From contig DASPLQ010000012.1 of assembly GCA_035627515.1 (NCBI GenBank), positions 714,331-778,330 of the forward strand: DNA of 64,000 bases, in the 5' to 3' direction. Shown here piece after piece: positions 39,517 through 49,821 of this stretch. Numbering within the stretch: the stretch's first letter is position 1; each line of letters starts with the position of its first letter. Under the pieces are notes generated by a model. That model worked only from the letters and a program-made list of their open reading frames with translations, made no database searches and had not been told where the DNA came from. This DNA is from Vitreimonas sp. GTDB taxonomy: Bacteria > Patescibacteriota > Microgenomatia > UBA1400 > PJMF01. Both the position numbers and the translations under genes were made by a program.

Positions 39517-40065
39517 CTAACGGAATTGATGCCCAGTTCCAAATTTAAAAACGTTCTTGATTTGCCAGGGTTCAAATCGATGATGCTGGAATAACGTCAG
39601 ACTGTTAATTTCGATTTGTAGAGACAGTTTTAAAGCTCTAACTTGTTGTTTTACTGCATCCACAGTATTCAAGTCCAAGCGGTTAGCAATTGTTAAATGT
39701 GGAGTGTAGTTAGTTTCGAGGGGTAAAAATCTTATCGACTGTGTTAAGTCTTGCTCTAACTCTCGGAAGGGTTTAGCCCTTTCTGGTGCTAAGAAAACAG
39801 TCCCATACTTATGATGTTTGAAGCTGCCTATCTTTTCAAAATCGACAGTGAATGGTCGCTGACGTTTGGCCCACTTCTCTAGCTGTTCGCTGAGAGGTTT
39901 TTCGAAGTGATATCTAAAAGGTCTTTTGATCGTAATATGGGGCGGACTAGATAAAATTGATCTGTTTTCTAACTGCTGGCGAATTGCAGTAATGACTGCA
40001 GTTTCCTGGGGAGGTAAGCCACAACCTAAGAAATATTCTAGATCTGGATCTAACGCATACGCCAT
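39517..40065 (-). CDS. 2H phosphoesterase (2'-5' RNA ligase family)
   Basis: PHIT and PHLT motifs. Confidence 0.85.
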   Translation of the reverse strand: MAYALDPDLEYFLGCGLPPQETAVITAIRQQLENRSILSSPPHITIKRPFRYHFEKPLSEQLEKWAKRQRPFTVDFEKIGSFKHHKYGTVFLAPERAKPFRELEQDLTQSIRFLPLETNYTPHLTIANRLDLNTVDAVKQQVRALKLSLQIEINSLTLFQHHRFEPWQIKNVFKFGTGHQFR

Positions 40066-40128
40066 AACAGCTGATTGTACGCTGAGTTTAGCAAGGAAAG
40101 GACTAGAAACGTGCTAGATTCTGATTAA

Positions 40129-40782
40129 CTATGGTGTTAAATCAATACTTTGAATGATGGCTAAAGCTTCTCGAGGATCGATCGCGGCAGTGCCCACCCC
40201 TTCACCACCAGTAAAGTAACCAAACACGTATCGGTAACCATTATGTTCTAGTAAGAACCGTCGCTCGGTAGTCCCAGTGGGAAACTCCCAAGGCTCAGTG
40301 TTTTCATAACTTTTGACGGTCAGCCCATCAATGGTGACGTCATCAACGCGGGTATATGTTAGCCACCGGTCAAACTCAGGTTGGCCCGAATCTGAGAGAG
40401 ACACGCTTTTGCCAATCTCTAAAGGTTGGAGCATAGTAAAGGTCCGGTGGCTGTAGTTGTAAATTTCACCCTCATTATTGCTTTGTGGAGGAATTGCTGA
40501 TAAATAAATTAAATTAGCTGGTCCCTGTGATAAAGGTTGATTTTTAGTGATCAGCTGGGCGCTATAACTAGAAGTGCGCTGAAGTTCAAGGTTATGAGGA
40601 ATGATAACGCTATAACCGTGTGCCTGCTCAACATGTCGCTCACCTTGGAGTGGCAAGCTGCCCACTGAAGCCGGCTGAGGAGAACCTGAAGGGGTGAGAG
40701 GTAAGAGGGGCTTAAGGTAAAGGCCAGCGCCCACAAGGATACATACAAAGCCTATGGCAAGTAACGGTAAATATTGTTTCAT
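40129..40782 (-). CDS. Membrane-anchored exported hypothetical protein
   Basis: N-terminal TM, Pro/Ser linker, GYSV..P, C-terminal IIQSI. Confidence 0.6.
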   Translation of the reverse strand: MKQYLPLLAIGFVCILVGAGLYLKPLLPLTPSGSPQPASVGSLPLQGERHVEQAHGYSVIIPHNLELQRTSSYSAQLITKNQPLSQGPANLIYLSAIPPQSNNEGEIYNYSHRTFTMLQPLEIGKSVSLSDSGQPEFDRWLTYTRVDDVTIDGLTVKSYENTEPWEFPTGTTERRFLLEHNGYRYVFGYFTGGEGVGTAAIDPREALAIIQSIDLTP

Positions 40783-40849
40783 ATTATAGTAAGTATACGA
40801 GTTTTAATTTCAAACCACACCAGCGATTTTGATTGGTAGAATAAGAAGT

Positions 40850-41374
40850 ATGAAAAATTTTACTTTGGTTTGTGTGGTGGCTTTAGTTGTCTTTATTGCT
40901 TGGCTAAGTTTGGTTACCCCAATGACAATGAAACAAGAATTGAGTGATACCTCATTAAGTTCTACACCTTCACCTACACAGCTGCCAGAAAGTGTGCCGG
41001 GTCCGATTGTAACTCCCGATGCGAATAGTGATAACTCTGGTGGTGGGAGTTATTTGCCTTTTTCACCAGAAGTGATGAACATGACCAGTACTACTCGGCG
41101 AGTGCTTTTTTTCTATGCTAATTGGTGTCCGACGTGCAAACCTGCCGATGAGGATTTCACTAATAATAGCCATCGTTTGCCAGCGGATGTGACTGTGATT
41201 CGCGTCAATTACAATGATCCTGATACCGATGAAACCGAAAAAGCCTTAGCAAAAAAATATGCCGTCACGTATCAGCACACCTATGTGCAAATTGATGAAA
41301 GTGGTGATGCCGTCACAAAGTGGAATGGGGGGCAAGTAGAAGAAATGCTGAGTAAACTCCAGCCCAGTCGGTAA
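40850..41374 (+). CDS. Membrane-anchored thioredoxin-like protein
   Basis: FFYANWCPTC, LAKKYAVTYQHT; start reassigned to ATG 40850. Confidence 0.85.
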   Translation: MKNFTLVCVVALVVFIAWLSLVTPMTMKQELSDTSLSSTPSPTQLPESVPGPIVTPDANSDNSGGGSYLPFSPEVMNMTSTTRRVLFFYANWCPTCKPADEDFTNNSHRLPADVTVIRVNYNDPDTDETEKALAKKYAVTYQHTYVQIDESGDAVTKWNGGQVEEMLSKLQPSR

Positions 41375-41419
41375 GAGTACGCTTAGACATTGGAATAAGG
41401 TACAATAACCCCTTACGCG

Positions 41420-42712
41420 ATGAAAAACTTTTATCATTTACTAGCTAATACCTTGATTGCTTCCATTACTAACATGAGTGTGTGGTTTGCCATCATTTTC
41501 TATGTATATCTACAAACAAACTCAGTAATGGCCACTTCAATAATGTCAGGTATTTATTCAACTGCTGTGGCGTCATCAGGTATTTGGTTTGGAAGTTTAG
41601 TGGACCATTATAAAAAGAAATACGTGATGATGGCCTCCAGTTTTGTTTCCTTATTGTTATTTAGTGTAGGCTTTGGAGTGTATTTAACCACTGCCCCAGA
41701 AGAATTTACACAAATTACTAGTGTACGACTATGGGTGTTGATTCCTATTTTATTATTTGGCGTAGTGGTGGGAAACATTCGCACCATTGCCCTACCTACC
41801 TTAGTTACCTTATTAGTGGCTGAAAAAAAACGTGATAAAGCAAATGGCTTAGTGGGTACTACCAGTGGAATTGCTTTCACGATTACTTCTGTCATCAGTG
41901 GTTTCTTGGTCAGTTTAGGTGGCATGTTTTATGTGATGATCCTAGCCATAGCGATGACTTTATTATCAATTCTTCATTTGTGGTTGGTCCCGATCGTCGA
42001 AAAGAAAATTGTTCATCTTCAAAAGGGCAAAAGTAAAATTGATATGGCTGGTACTTTGAAAGCCATCTTCAAGATCTCCGGGTTAGCTGCCTTAATTCTG
42101 TTTACCACCTTTAATAATTTTTTAGGTGGTGTGTTTATGTCGCTGATGGATGCCTATGCCTTATCCATGGTATCTGTAGAAGTGTGGGGTTTATTATTGG
42201 GACTCATAAGTACAGCCTTTATTATGGGCGGAATGATGATTGCCAAATTCGGGTTGGGCAAAAATCCACTGCTGGCACTGTTTACGGCGAACATCATCAT
42301 GTGGATAATTTGTTGTTTCTTTACTATTTATCCATCAGTTATCTTGCTAGTGGCAGGCATGTATGCCTATTTATGCGTTGTGCCTTACATTGAAGCTTCC
42401 GAACACACCATTATTCAAAAAGTTGTGCCAGTGGAACGACAAGGTCGTGTCTTTGGTTTTGCTCAAAGTGTGGAACAAGCGGCTTCGCCAATCACGGCTT
42501 TTGCAATTGGCCCTATTGCTCAGTACCTCTTCATTCCATTCATGACGACTGGTGCTGGGGTAGAGCTGATTGGGTGGTGGTTTGGCACTGGGCATGACAG
42601 AGGTATTGCTCTGGTCTTTACAGTCACCGGCATTATTGGTTTATGTATGACCTTGATTGCCTTTAACTCTAAACAATACCGAGTGTTGTCTCAACAATAC
42701 TTGAGTAAATAA
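41420..42712 (+). CDS. MFS transporter (DHA3-like)
   Basis: GSLVDHYKKK, RDKANG, QGRVFG; ~12 TM. Confidence 0.9.
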   Translation: MKNFYHLLANTLIASITNMSVWFAIIFYVYLQTNSVMATSIMSGIYSTAVASSGIWFGSLVDHYKKKYVMMASSFVSLLLFSVGFGVYLTTAPEEFTQITSVRLWVLIPILLFGVVVGNIRTIALPTLVTLLVAEKKRDKANGLVGTTSGIAFTITSVISGFLVSLGGMFYVMILAIAMTLLSILHLWLVPIVEKKIVHLQKGKSKIDMAGTLKAIFKISGLAALILFTTFNNFLGGVFMSLMDAYALSMVSVEVWGLLLGLISTAFIMGGMMIAKFGLGKNPLLALFTANIIMWIICCFFTIYPSVILLVAGMYAYLCVVPYIEASEHTIIQKVVPVERQGRVFGFAQSVEQAASPITAFAIGPIAQYLFIPFMTTGAGVELIGWWFGTGHDRGIALVFTVTGIIGLCMTLIAFNSKQYRVLSQQYLSK

Positions 42713-42772
42713 GTTGACTACATCACCCTACAGCCTTGCCAAAAGCCATTTCCTGAGTATACTCAGGGATAT

Positions 42773-43138
42773 ATGCTCAACCTCAACTCTCTCATGGTCG
42801 GTACCATGCAACCCCAAGTATTAGGTGAATTTTATGGCAAGGTTTTTGATAAAGCCCCCGATATGCATGATGGTGATTGGTATGGTTGGCAAGTGGGTGG
42901 CTGTTTCTTTACTGTGGGCGAGCACTCAGAAATGGGTGGAGCAGCCAAAGATCCTGGCCGAATGATGTTTAATTTAGAAACTACTGAAGTGAAACAAGAG
43001 TTTGATCGGCTGGTATCGGTAGGTGCCACCGTAATTAAAGAACCTTATGAGATGCAGGGAGCCTGGATTGCTACTTTAGCTGATCCAGACGGAAATTACT
43101 TCCAACTGATGACACCTTGGGAAGCACCGAGCAAATAA
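42773..43138 (+). CDS. VOC/glyoxalase family protein
   Basis: FYGKVF, GATVIKEPY, ATLADPDGNYFQL. Confidence 0.88.
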   Translation: MLNLNSLMVGTMQPQVLGEFYGKVFDKAPDMHDGDWYGWQVGGCFFTVGEHSEMGGAAKDPGRMMFNLETTEVKQEFDRLVSVGATVIKEPYEMQGAWIATLADPDGNYFQLMTPWEAPSK

Positions 43139-43150
43139 GCGCGTGTAGTT

Positions 43151-44062
43151 TTAGGGACTGGTTGTGGAGTGTGTAGCAGCTGATGAAGATGTCAGCTCAT
43201 CCGCGTGCCCTAAACATCGACCTTGGTAGTTCGCTTCACATTCAGAACAGCAAATAAACAACTCCACACAGTTTTCCACGGTACAGTCTATGTATCTGGT
43301 GATCGGTACCTGGCAGTATACGCAATGACTAATGATTGAAGGATCCACGGTGTTAACAGGAACGTGTAAGCGCTTATCAAACACAAACATCTCACCTTCA
43401 AAGTATTTGCCCCCAGTTTGCTCACCATACTCATGAATTCCACCATGCAGTTGACGAACGTTTTGGAAACCTTGTTCGCGCAAGTAAGCTGAGGCTTTTT
43501 CACAGCGCACGCCACCGGTGCAGTAGGTGATTACTTCTTTATCTTTGAACTGGTCCAGCCGCTTCACAAAGGCAGGAAAGTCCCGAAAATTTTCAATGGG
43601 AGCAATCACGGCATTTTTGAATTTACCCACTTCAGCTTCATACCCATTGCGGGCATCAATGATTACGAACTCTTTATTATGGTCATAGAGTTGCTGCAAC
43701 TCATGAGGCTCAATATACTGAGCTTTGTTGGCAATGTTGACATCTGACCCACTTTTTCTAACTCCCAGTGTCACGATCTCATCTCGCACCAGCACTCGCA
43801 ACTTAGGAAAAACTTGCTCAGCAGCCCATGAGATTTTCCACTCCATATCATTAAATTCGGGGAGTGAGCTCGTCGTCTCCATGTACTCATTAATTTCATT
43901 CTCTAAGCCAGCCACGGTGCCATTAATACCCTCATGTGAGATCAAAATCCGCCCGTTAAGATTTAAGCTCGTACACAGATCCTTTTGCTGAACTTTTAGA
44001 GCTTCTGGGTCAGCGAGGCTCACATATTTATAATAGAGAAGAATTTTATAAGTGTTCGAAAT
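43151..44062 (-). CDS. trhO: tRNA U34 hydroxylase TrhO (UPF0176 rhodanese); probable ATT start
   Basis: YKILLYYKYV, GRILISHEGINGT, DARN.YE..G.F, YCTGGVRCEK, GEMFVFDKR. Confidence 0.85.
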   Translation of the reverse strand: MSNTYKILLYYKYVSLADPEALKVQQKDLCTSLNLNGRILISHEGINGTVAGLENEINEYMETTSSLPEFNDMEWKISWAAEQVFPKLRVLVRDEIVTLGVRKSGSDVNIANKAQYIEPHELQQLYDHNKEFVIIDARNGYEAEVGKFKNAVIAPIENFRDFPAFVKRLDQFKDKEVITYCTGGVRCEKASAYLREQGFQNVRQLHGGIHEYGEQTGGKYFEGEMFVFDKRLHVPVNTVDPSIISHCVYCQVPITRYIDCTVENCVELFICCSECEANYQGRCLGHADELTSSSAATHSTTSP

Positions 44063-44069
44063 AGTAGAG

Positions 44070-44831
44070 CTATTTTACCAGATCAAAAGCTAATTCATCC
44101 AGCTCGACGCAATCACTTTTATCGTAAGGACCATTGGCGGTGCGTGTAATTGACCAGGTAGTGGCGGGTATATTAATGTGCGTTGCTACATCTTGTACTA
44201 ATTGTCGAATATACGTTCCAGGTGAGGTAGTGACGCTATGAGTGGTAATTAATAAATCAGTAGCCTCTTTGGCGAGGGCTTTCTCCCATGAGTCAAGTAT
44301 CTCACTTTGTCTAAAATCTCCAGCCAACGACTGGACGGAGTTACTTTGCTGGCTTAAGATGGCAGATGCCGCAGCTACAGAGACATCATGAAGGTGAAAG
44401 TGATGGAGAGAAATATCACGGGTTTTAAGAGGCAATTCGCTGCCGCCTTTTGCCAGCTCAAAATGAGATTGCCCCTGCCAGCGGGCTGCTGAAAAAGCAG
44501 GTACAGACTGAGAATACTGCGCAGGAAATTTTTCTATGATCCTGCGAAGTTCATCGATTTTTGGCTGCTGACCGCGGTAAGTAGTAATCAAGCCTAATCT
44601 ATCCAAGGAATCCGTGGCTACTCCCCACAAAATTGAGAAGTGATAGGTTTTTTGCCAATCTTGAAGCTGGCCTTTAGCAAATCGATCATCACCAGCTAAA
44701 ATCACCAGTACACCTTCTGCCATGGGATCGAGGGTGCCAGTATGAGTAGCAGGTGCATTAAGAGCCCGTCCGCAGGCCTCAGCCAAACGATGAGAAGAAC
44801 TGCCCAGTGGCTGCCAGATAGGAAAAATCAT
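44070..44831 (-). CDS. truB: tRNA pseudouridine-55 synthase (divergent, no PUA domain)
   Basis: HTGTLDPMAEGVL, G..TDSLD, Q.VPAFSA, GTYIRQL. Confidence 0.85.
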   Translation of the reverse strand: MIFPIWQPLGSSSHRLAEACGRALNAPATHTGTLDPMAEGVLVILAGDDRFAKGQLQDWQKTYHFSILWGVATDSLDRLGLITTYRGQQPKIDELRRIIEKFPAQYSQSVPAFSAARWQGQSHFELAKGGSELPLKTRDISLHHFHLHDVSVAAASAILSQQSNSVQSLAGDFRQSEILDSWEKALAKEATDLLITTHSVTTSPGTYIRQLVQDVATHINIPATTWSITRTANGPYDKSDCVELDELAFDLVK

Positions 44832-44869
44832 GGTGGTACTATACCACTTTGATCTTCAGGGTGGGGAAT

Positions 44870-45487
44870 CTAGAATCCTAAGTCTTCATTTACAAAAATG
44901 ATTCGTAAGCGCTCAGGATTAACCTCACGATTGATGATGAGAATTTTACTAATAAACGTTTCCCAGTTCTCAGGTAAGCCATAAGCTTGTTGTGCCCGCT
45001 TAGTTTCTAAGGGGACCACGTGTTCTTGAGTTCTTTTCAAACCATCATCAATACTAGAGGTGATTTTCTTGGTACTCACTACCCAAATTACATGTGACGC
45101 TCCATAGGCATACGCCGGTAATTGACTGCCGGTGTTAGAAACCACGAGCACTTTACCATCTTCAGTGACTGCATGCACACTCCCGACTACCCATTCAGGG
45201 GCGGCGCCGAGTTGTTGCATTTTGGCATGATCAGTTTCACGATCAAGTTTACTGAGCGTGGTTTTAACTGAAGCATAGGTATCAGAATTGAGTGCGTCTT
45301 CCAAGCCCGATTGAAGTAGGGTGATCGAAGTCATTGTCATCACTTCTGCTCCAGCTGGGATGAGTGAGAGGACTCTATCTTTAGCTTCAGCAGCTGTTTG
45401 GACATATTCGGCTGTAATGCCATTGGCCTGAAGGGCTGCTATGGTTTTAGTGACAGTTTCAGCTGAGGCGAGTGAGGTGTGACTCAT
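44870..45487 (-). CDS. LUD-domain (LutC/YkgG-like) protein
   Basis: GSVHAVTEDG, SNTGSQL, VIWVVSTKKI. Confidence 0.8.
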   Translation of the reverse strand: MSHTSLASAETVTKTIAALQANGITAEYVQTAAEAKDRVLSLIPAGAEVMTMTSITLLQSGLEDALNSDTYASVKTTLSKLDRETDHAKMQQLGAAPEWVVGSVHAVTEDGKVLVVSNTGSQLPAYAYGASHVIWVVSTKKITSSIDDGLKRTQEHVVPLETKRAQQAYGLPENWETFISKILIINREVNPERLRIIFVNEDLGF

Positions 45488-45535
45488 AGGGTGTGTACTT
45501 TCTGGTAATTACTAGTATAATTACTATATAATTTG

Positions 45536-45560
45536 TAGTGCTATAAAAGTGATAGTACTA
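45536..45560. promoter_or_regulatory. Candidate HxlR operator
   Basis: TAGTGCTAT-N7-ATAGTACTA imperfect palindrome between the divergent LUD and hxlR-like genes. Confidence 0.55.
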
Positions 45561-45564
45561 TGAA

Positions 45565-45894
45565 ATGAGTAGTATGTCAACCAATCTTCAACCCCCTATT
45601 TCACCCGCTCTTAATACAGCTTTAAAAATGCTAGGAGATACTTGGGTATTGTCCATCTTATGTAATCTGTCACGTCAAAAAATGCGCTTTAACGAACTGC
45701 AACGTTCCATTGAAGGTATTAATCCTTCTACTTTAGCTAATAGACTTAAGAAATTGGAACAAGAACAGGTCATAAATCGACAAGAAGAAACTTTAGACAA
45801 GTTATCTGTGGTTTATGAATTGACACCAAAAGGCGAAGCTATTTTACCGATCACACGTGAGTTTCGAAAGTTTGCGGAGAAATTTTATCAGTAA
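45565..45894 (+). CDS. HxlR-family winged-helix regulator
   Basis: LGDTWVL.IL, RFNELQ, TLANRLKKLE, V.YELTPKG. Confidence 0.88.
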   Translation: MSSMSTNLQPPISPALNTALKMLGDTWVLSILCNLSRQKMRFNELQRSIEGINPSTLANRLKKLEQEQVINRQEETLDKLSVVYELTPKGEAILPITREFRKFAEKFYQ

Positions 45895-45974
45895 TTAACA
45901 CTCGCTTAGTCATTACTTAGTTATTACCAAAGTGTAACGTAGTGATATCGTCAGCGGTGTTAAAATAAGGCACT

Positions 45975-46664
45975 ATGAATGCAACACCACGTTGGTTTGG
46001 AATCTTTTTAGCTATCGTCTTAGTAATTGGCTTAAGCATGGCAGGTTTAATGTTTATTGGTTTTCGTGAGTTAGAGAGTGGCCCCTCACCCGTCCCACAA
46101 GCTAGTTTGGCGCCGTCTATTAATCCCATAGTGCCTGTATTTGAGTCGCCTTCCCCCACGCCTTCAGGGACACCGGCCACTCCCTTAGATTACACAACTT
46201 GGAAACTTTTTCGAAATGGATACGCGTTGCCTTTGCCCCCTAACTGGAAAAACACTTCCGATAGTAATGGTCGAGCTGTTTTTCATCCCGGTGATAAGGT
46301 AGGCAGTCTGACCGAGATCTCGGTCACGGTGCTATCGGACGCCAAAGCACCTCAGGGCCAGCAGTTCACGACGCAAGCAGAGTTTGATCAATGGTCAGCC
46401 GTACAAGGTGATGTCCAAGGTGCAATTCAAAAAATTGATAACGTGACTGTAGATGGTCAGCCCGGACTGATGTTGCTCGATACACGGGGTGGTGAAGATC
46501 AGTGGCTCGTTATTGTGTGGGTTCGCAAGGATAAGAATAATCTTTATCTCACATTCAAAGGTAACCAAAAATATGACGTGGCTGATGCTAGTGCTATAGA
46601 TTATATTGTCTCTAAATTTACGTTTACTGCGCCACCCATGACTGGTTTAGAAGGAAAACAGTAA
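45975..46664 (+). CDS. Membrane-anchored exported hypothetical protein
   Basis: N-terminal TM, Pro/Ser linker, WKLF..GYALPLPPNW, IVSKFTF. Confidence 0.65.
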   Translation: MNATPRWFGIFLAIVLVIGLSMAGLMFIGFRELESGPSPVPQASLAPSINPIVPVFESPSPTPSGTPATPLDYTTWKLFRNGYALPLPPNWKNTSDSNGRAVFHPGDKVGSLTEISVTVLSDAKAPQGQQFTTQAEFDQWSAVQGDVQGAIQKIDNVTVDGQPGLMLLDTRGGEDQWLVIVWVRKDKNNLYLTFKGNQKYDVADASAIDYIVSKFTFTAPPMTGLEGKQ

Positions 46665-46671
46665 TCATTTC

Positions 46672-47817
46672 ATGGTAGGCATGTCGCAACGATTTCTATT
46701 ACTCCAGGTCATTACCCCGCATTATCACCAAGATGCTGCTTTGCGCAATATGTCTGAGCTAGAACAATTGGTGACAACGTATGGTGGTGAGACAATTGAA
46801 AAATCCATTCAACACCGCGTCAAACCCCACCCTGCCACCTATATTGGCAGTGGGAAGTTAGAATGGTTGAAAGAGACCGTCAAAGAAAAAAAGATTGACG
46901 TGGTTGTTATTAATTCATTAGTAAATGCTGGGCAGTTGTTCCGTCTGACTAAAGCTTTGTGGGAAGTGAACACGCGCATTGCGGTGTGGGATCGGGTGGA
47001 TTTAATTTTAAATATTTTTGATCAACACGCGACCACAACCGAGGCTAAGCTGCAAATTCAATTAGCTCGGGTAGAGCATACGGGACCACTTATCTACGGT
47101 TTGGGTAAAACCGAGTTGTCACGACAGGGAGGTGGAATTGGTACCCGGGGGGCAGGTGAAACTAATATTGAAAAGGAACGCCGGAACATTAAGAAGTTAA
47201 AGTACGAAATTCAGCAACAACTCAAACAGCGCACGGCTGAGCAAGCCAAACGAATTCAGCAGCGCCAAGCCAAAGGTATCCGAACTGTGGCTTTAGTTGG
47301 TTATACGAGCGCTGGTAAAACGACGCTCTTCAATGCGCTGACGAGTAAAAATCGTGACATGAACCAAGCCCTTTTCACCACTCTGGATAGTGTGGTGGGT
47401 AAACTAAAAATAAGTGAGTATGATCCTACGGTTTTAGTTTCTGACACGATTGGTTTTATCGATGAACTGCCACCAGCTCTTATTGATGCATTTCGGACCA
47501 CCCTAATGGAGTCATTAGCGGCCAAAATTTTGTTACACGTTATCGATGTCAGCGATGATCAATTTGAAGATAAAATGATGGTAGTAGACAAGATTTTGAC
47601 AGAGCTCAATGCTGATCAAAGTATCATTCTAGTCTTTAATAAAATTGATAAAGTCGGTCAAGAAAAACTACAGTATTTGCAGCAAAAGTATGCTGGTCAT
47701 GACATGGCCTTTGTTTCAGCTTACACCAAACAGGGAATAGATGAGTTAAAACGTGAGATTAGCCAGCGCTTGGGAATAAAGCTTTATACTGAATCGACAG
47801 TTAACTCAACCCCGTAA
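46672..47817 (+). CDS. hflX: GTPase HflX
   Basis: YIGSGK, EAKLQ, RQGGGIGTRGAGET, GYTSAGKT, FTTLD, DTIGF, NKID. Confidence 0.93.
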   Translation: MVGMSQRFLLLQVITPHYHQDAALRNMSELEQLVTTYGGETIEKSIQHRVKPHPATYIGSGKLEWLKETVKEKKIDVVVINSLVNAGQLFRLTKALWEVNTRIAVWDRVDLILNIFDQHATTTEAKLQIQLARVEHTGPLIYGLGKTELSRQGGGIGTRGAGETNIEKERRNIKKLKYEIQQQLKQRTAEQAKRIQQRQAKGIRTVALVGYTSAGKTTLFNALTSKNRDMNQALFTTLDSVVGKLKISEYDPTVLVSDTIGFIDELPPALIDAFRTTLMESLAAKILLHVIDVSDDQFEDKMMVVDKILTELNADQSIILVFNKIDKVGQEKLQYLQQKYAGHDMAFVSAYTKQGIDELKREISQRLGIKLYTESTVNSTP

Positions 47818-48274
47818 TAGTATAAGTGACTTCCCCGACAGGAATTTTCACTTGTACACTGTCGCCAACTTTTTTGCCCATGATGGCTGCACCAATAGGA
47901 CTAGCAGTCGATAATTTACCTTCCATAGGGTTGGATTCATGGACGCTAACGATAAGATAGTCACGGGATTTTTTGCCATCATCAAGCGTGACCGTGCAAC
48001 CAAAATCAACTACTTCATACTTAGATTTTTTGGCAACAACTTGGCCATGAGCCAATAAATGTTTGATTTTACTAATTTGACGTGACAATGAGCCTAACTC
48101 CATCCGGCCGTATTTATAGGCGGCATTTTCTGATAAGTCACCCATCTCGCGGGCAATTTGGACGCGCTTCATGACCTCGGCTCGGGTTTGAGTCAGGCGC
48201 GCTAGCTCCTGCTCTAGCTTGAGATAGGCTTCGGCGGTAAAGGGTATGGTGGGATTGGTAGTGGCTGGCTTCAT
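47801..48274 (-). CDS. greA: Transcription elongation factor GreA
   Basis: AREMGDLSENAAY, LSTASPIGAAIMG. Confidence 0.92.
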   Translation of the reverse strand: MKPATTNPTIPFTAEAYLKLEQELARLTQTRAEVMKRVQIAREMGDLSENAAYKYGRMELGSLSRQISKIKHLLAHGQVVAKKSKYEVVDFGCTVTLDDGKKSRDYLIVSVHESNPMEGKLSTASPIGAAIMGKKVGDSVQVKIPVGEVTYTITGLS

Positions 48275-48323
48275 GAATGCTCCATCTTAACATATCAAGT
48301 AATTTTTGTTACTGTAGCAAGTA

Positions 48324-49667
48324 ATGTGGCAGACTTTTCTGACTAGTAAATTGGTATACCCGGCTTTATTTTGCGGGGCAATGGCTATTTTTTTGGTTCA
48401 TTACCTAGTCTCTGGGCAAGCGGTGTATGGTGATGGCATAGGTTATTATGCCCATCTTCATACCTGGGTCATTGATCGTGATTTTGATCATACCAATGAG
48501 TACAAACACATTTATACACCTGTTAATAATAATGCTCTTACTCCTACTGTCTCACCAGTTATTCAAATTGTGGCGACTACCCAAGATGGGAGAGCTGAAA
48601 ATCACTATAGCCCGGGAGTGGCTTTGTTATTGCTACCTTTTTACATTACGGGGCATTTGGTAGCTCAGCTGCTGGTGTTAGGTGGCATATCAGTTTCAGT
48701 TACAGGATATGGAGATATTTATCAGATTTCATCAGGAATAGGAGCTATTTTATACGTCATACTAGGCTTATATCTGTTGGAGCGGTTAGTAAGGTTCCAT
48801 CTGGCTGATGCGACCATTTCACGATTAACGATAGTTGCCATGTTTTTAGCAACTAACTTACTTTATTACGGCAGCTTTGACGTCATTAACTCACACTTTG
48901 CCTCATTCTTTTTGAGTGTTTTATTTTTTTATATTTTTTATACGCAGCCCTCCAGTCTCAAAAAAGAGTTCGGGCTGGGGTTAGTAGCAGGTTGGCTAAC
49001 GACTAATCGCTTGCAAGATGGAGCAGTGGTCATTATTTGGGGGCTACAAAAGGTACTAGAGCTTTATCAGCGGCGCCTGACTATAACCACGTTTTTAAGA
49101 CAGATGGTGTTATTTGGATCAGGGTGGTTGGTGATGATACTGCCGTTATTGCTCCACTGGCAGCATGTTTTTGGCGATGGCACAGCTCATACTTATTGGC
49201 GTAATTTTGAGAATGATTATGCTGATAAGCGACTCCCCTCGGTACTAGGGAGTTTATTCCATCCGGTAACTGGTTTATTTTCGCGAACACCTTTGTTGGG
49301 GATGGGTTTTATGTATTATCTCTGGTTGAGTTTCAAGCAATGGGCGGAAGGTGTACAGTGGCTTATGATGTTTTTCGGACTTCAAGTGATAGTTATTACG
49401 CTCCAAGGCGGGTGGTTTGCAGCTGCCTACGGTGGCAGAATGTATATTTCATCCTTAGTTTTTTTCGCTGTGGTTTTGGCTAAAATGCTGCAGCATTTGC
49501 GACAAGTTCGGCCCAGCTATTCAATGATACTGATAGGAGTATTTATTCTTCTCAACATTATCTCGGTCTGTTCGTTTGTGTTATTTGAAAAAGGTGCTGA
49601 GGGTGGCGTGACTGGCACAGAACTAAAAACCCTCGAGAGAATCAAAAACTTGCCCAATGTGTTATAA
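48324..49667 (+). CDS. GT-C-type membrane glycosyltransferase
   Basis: GDGIGYYA, Y.PG..LL..PF, SH..S.F, YGGR. Confidence 0.7.
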   Translation: MWQTFLTSKLVYPALFCGAMAIFLVHYLVSGQAVYGDGIGYYAHLHTWVIDRDFDHTNEYKHIYTPVNNNALTPTVSPVIQIVATTQDGRAENHYSPGVALLLLPFYITGHLVAQLLVLGGISVSVTGYGDIYQISSGIGAILYVILGLYLLERLVRFHLADATISRLTIVAMFLATNLLYYGSFDVINSHFASFFLSVLFFYIFYTQPSSLKKEFGLGLVAGWLTTNRLQDGAVVIIWGLQKVLELYQRRLTITTFLRQMVLFGSGWLVMILPLLLHWQHVFGDGTAHTYWRNFENDYADKRLPSVLGSLFHPVTGLFSRTPLLGMGFMYYLWLSFKQWAEGVQWLMMFFGLQVIVITLQGGWFAAAYGGRMYISSLVFFAVVLAKMLQHLRQVRPSYSMILIGVFILLNIISVCSFVLFEKGAEGGVTGTELKTLERIKNLPNVL

Positions 49668-49821
49668 TAATAGAGTATTAACAGCTGAAAATGAGATACT
49701 TCCGTAGTTTTAATCGCTCTTGATAGACCAAGAATTAGATTTTTCCACACACACGCGCTGAGTTTCTTTTTTTCCTTATAACAGAGCCACTTTTTTGTGG
49801 TGATCTGTGGAATGTAACCAT

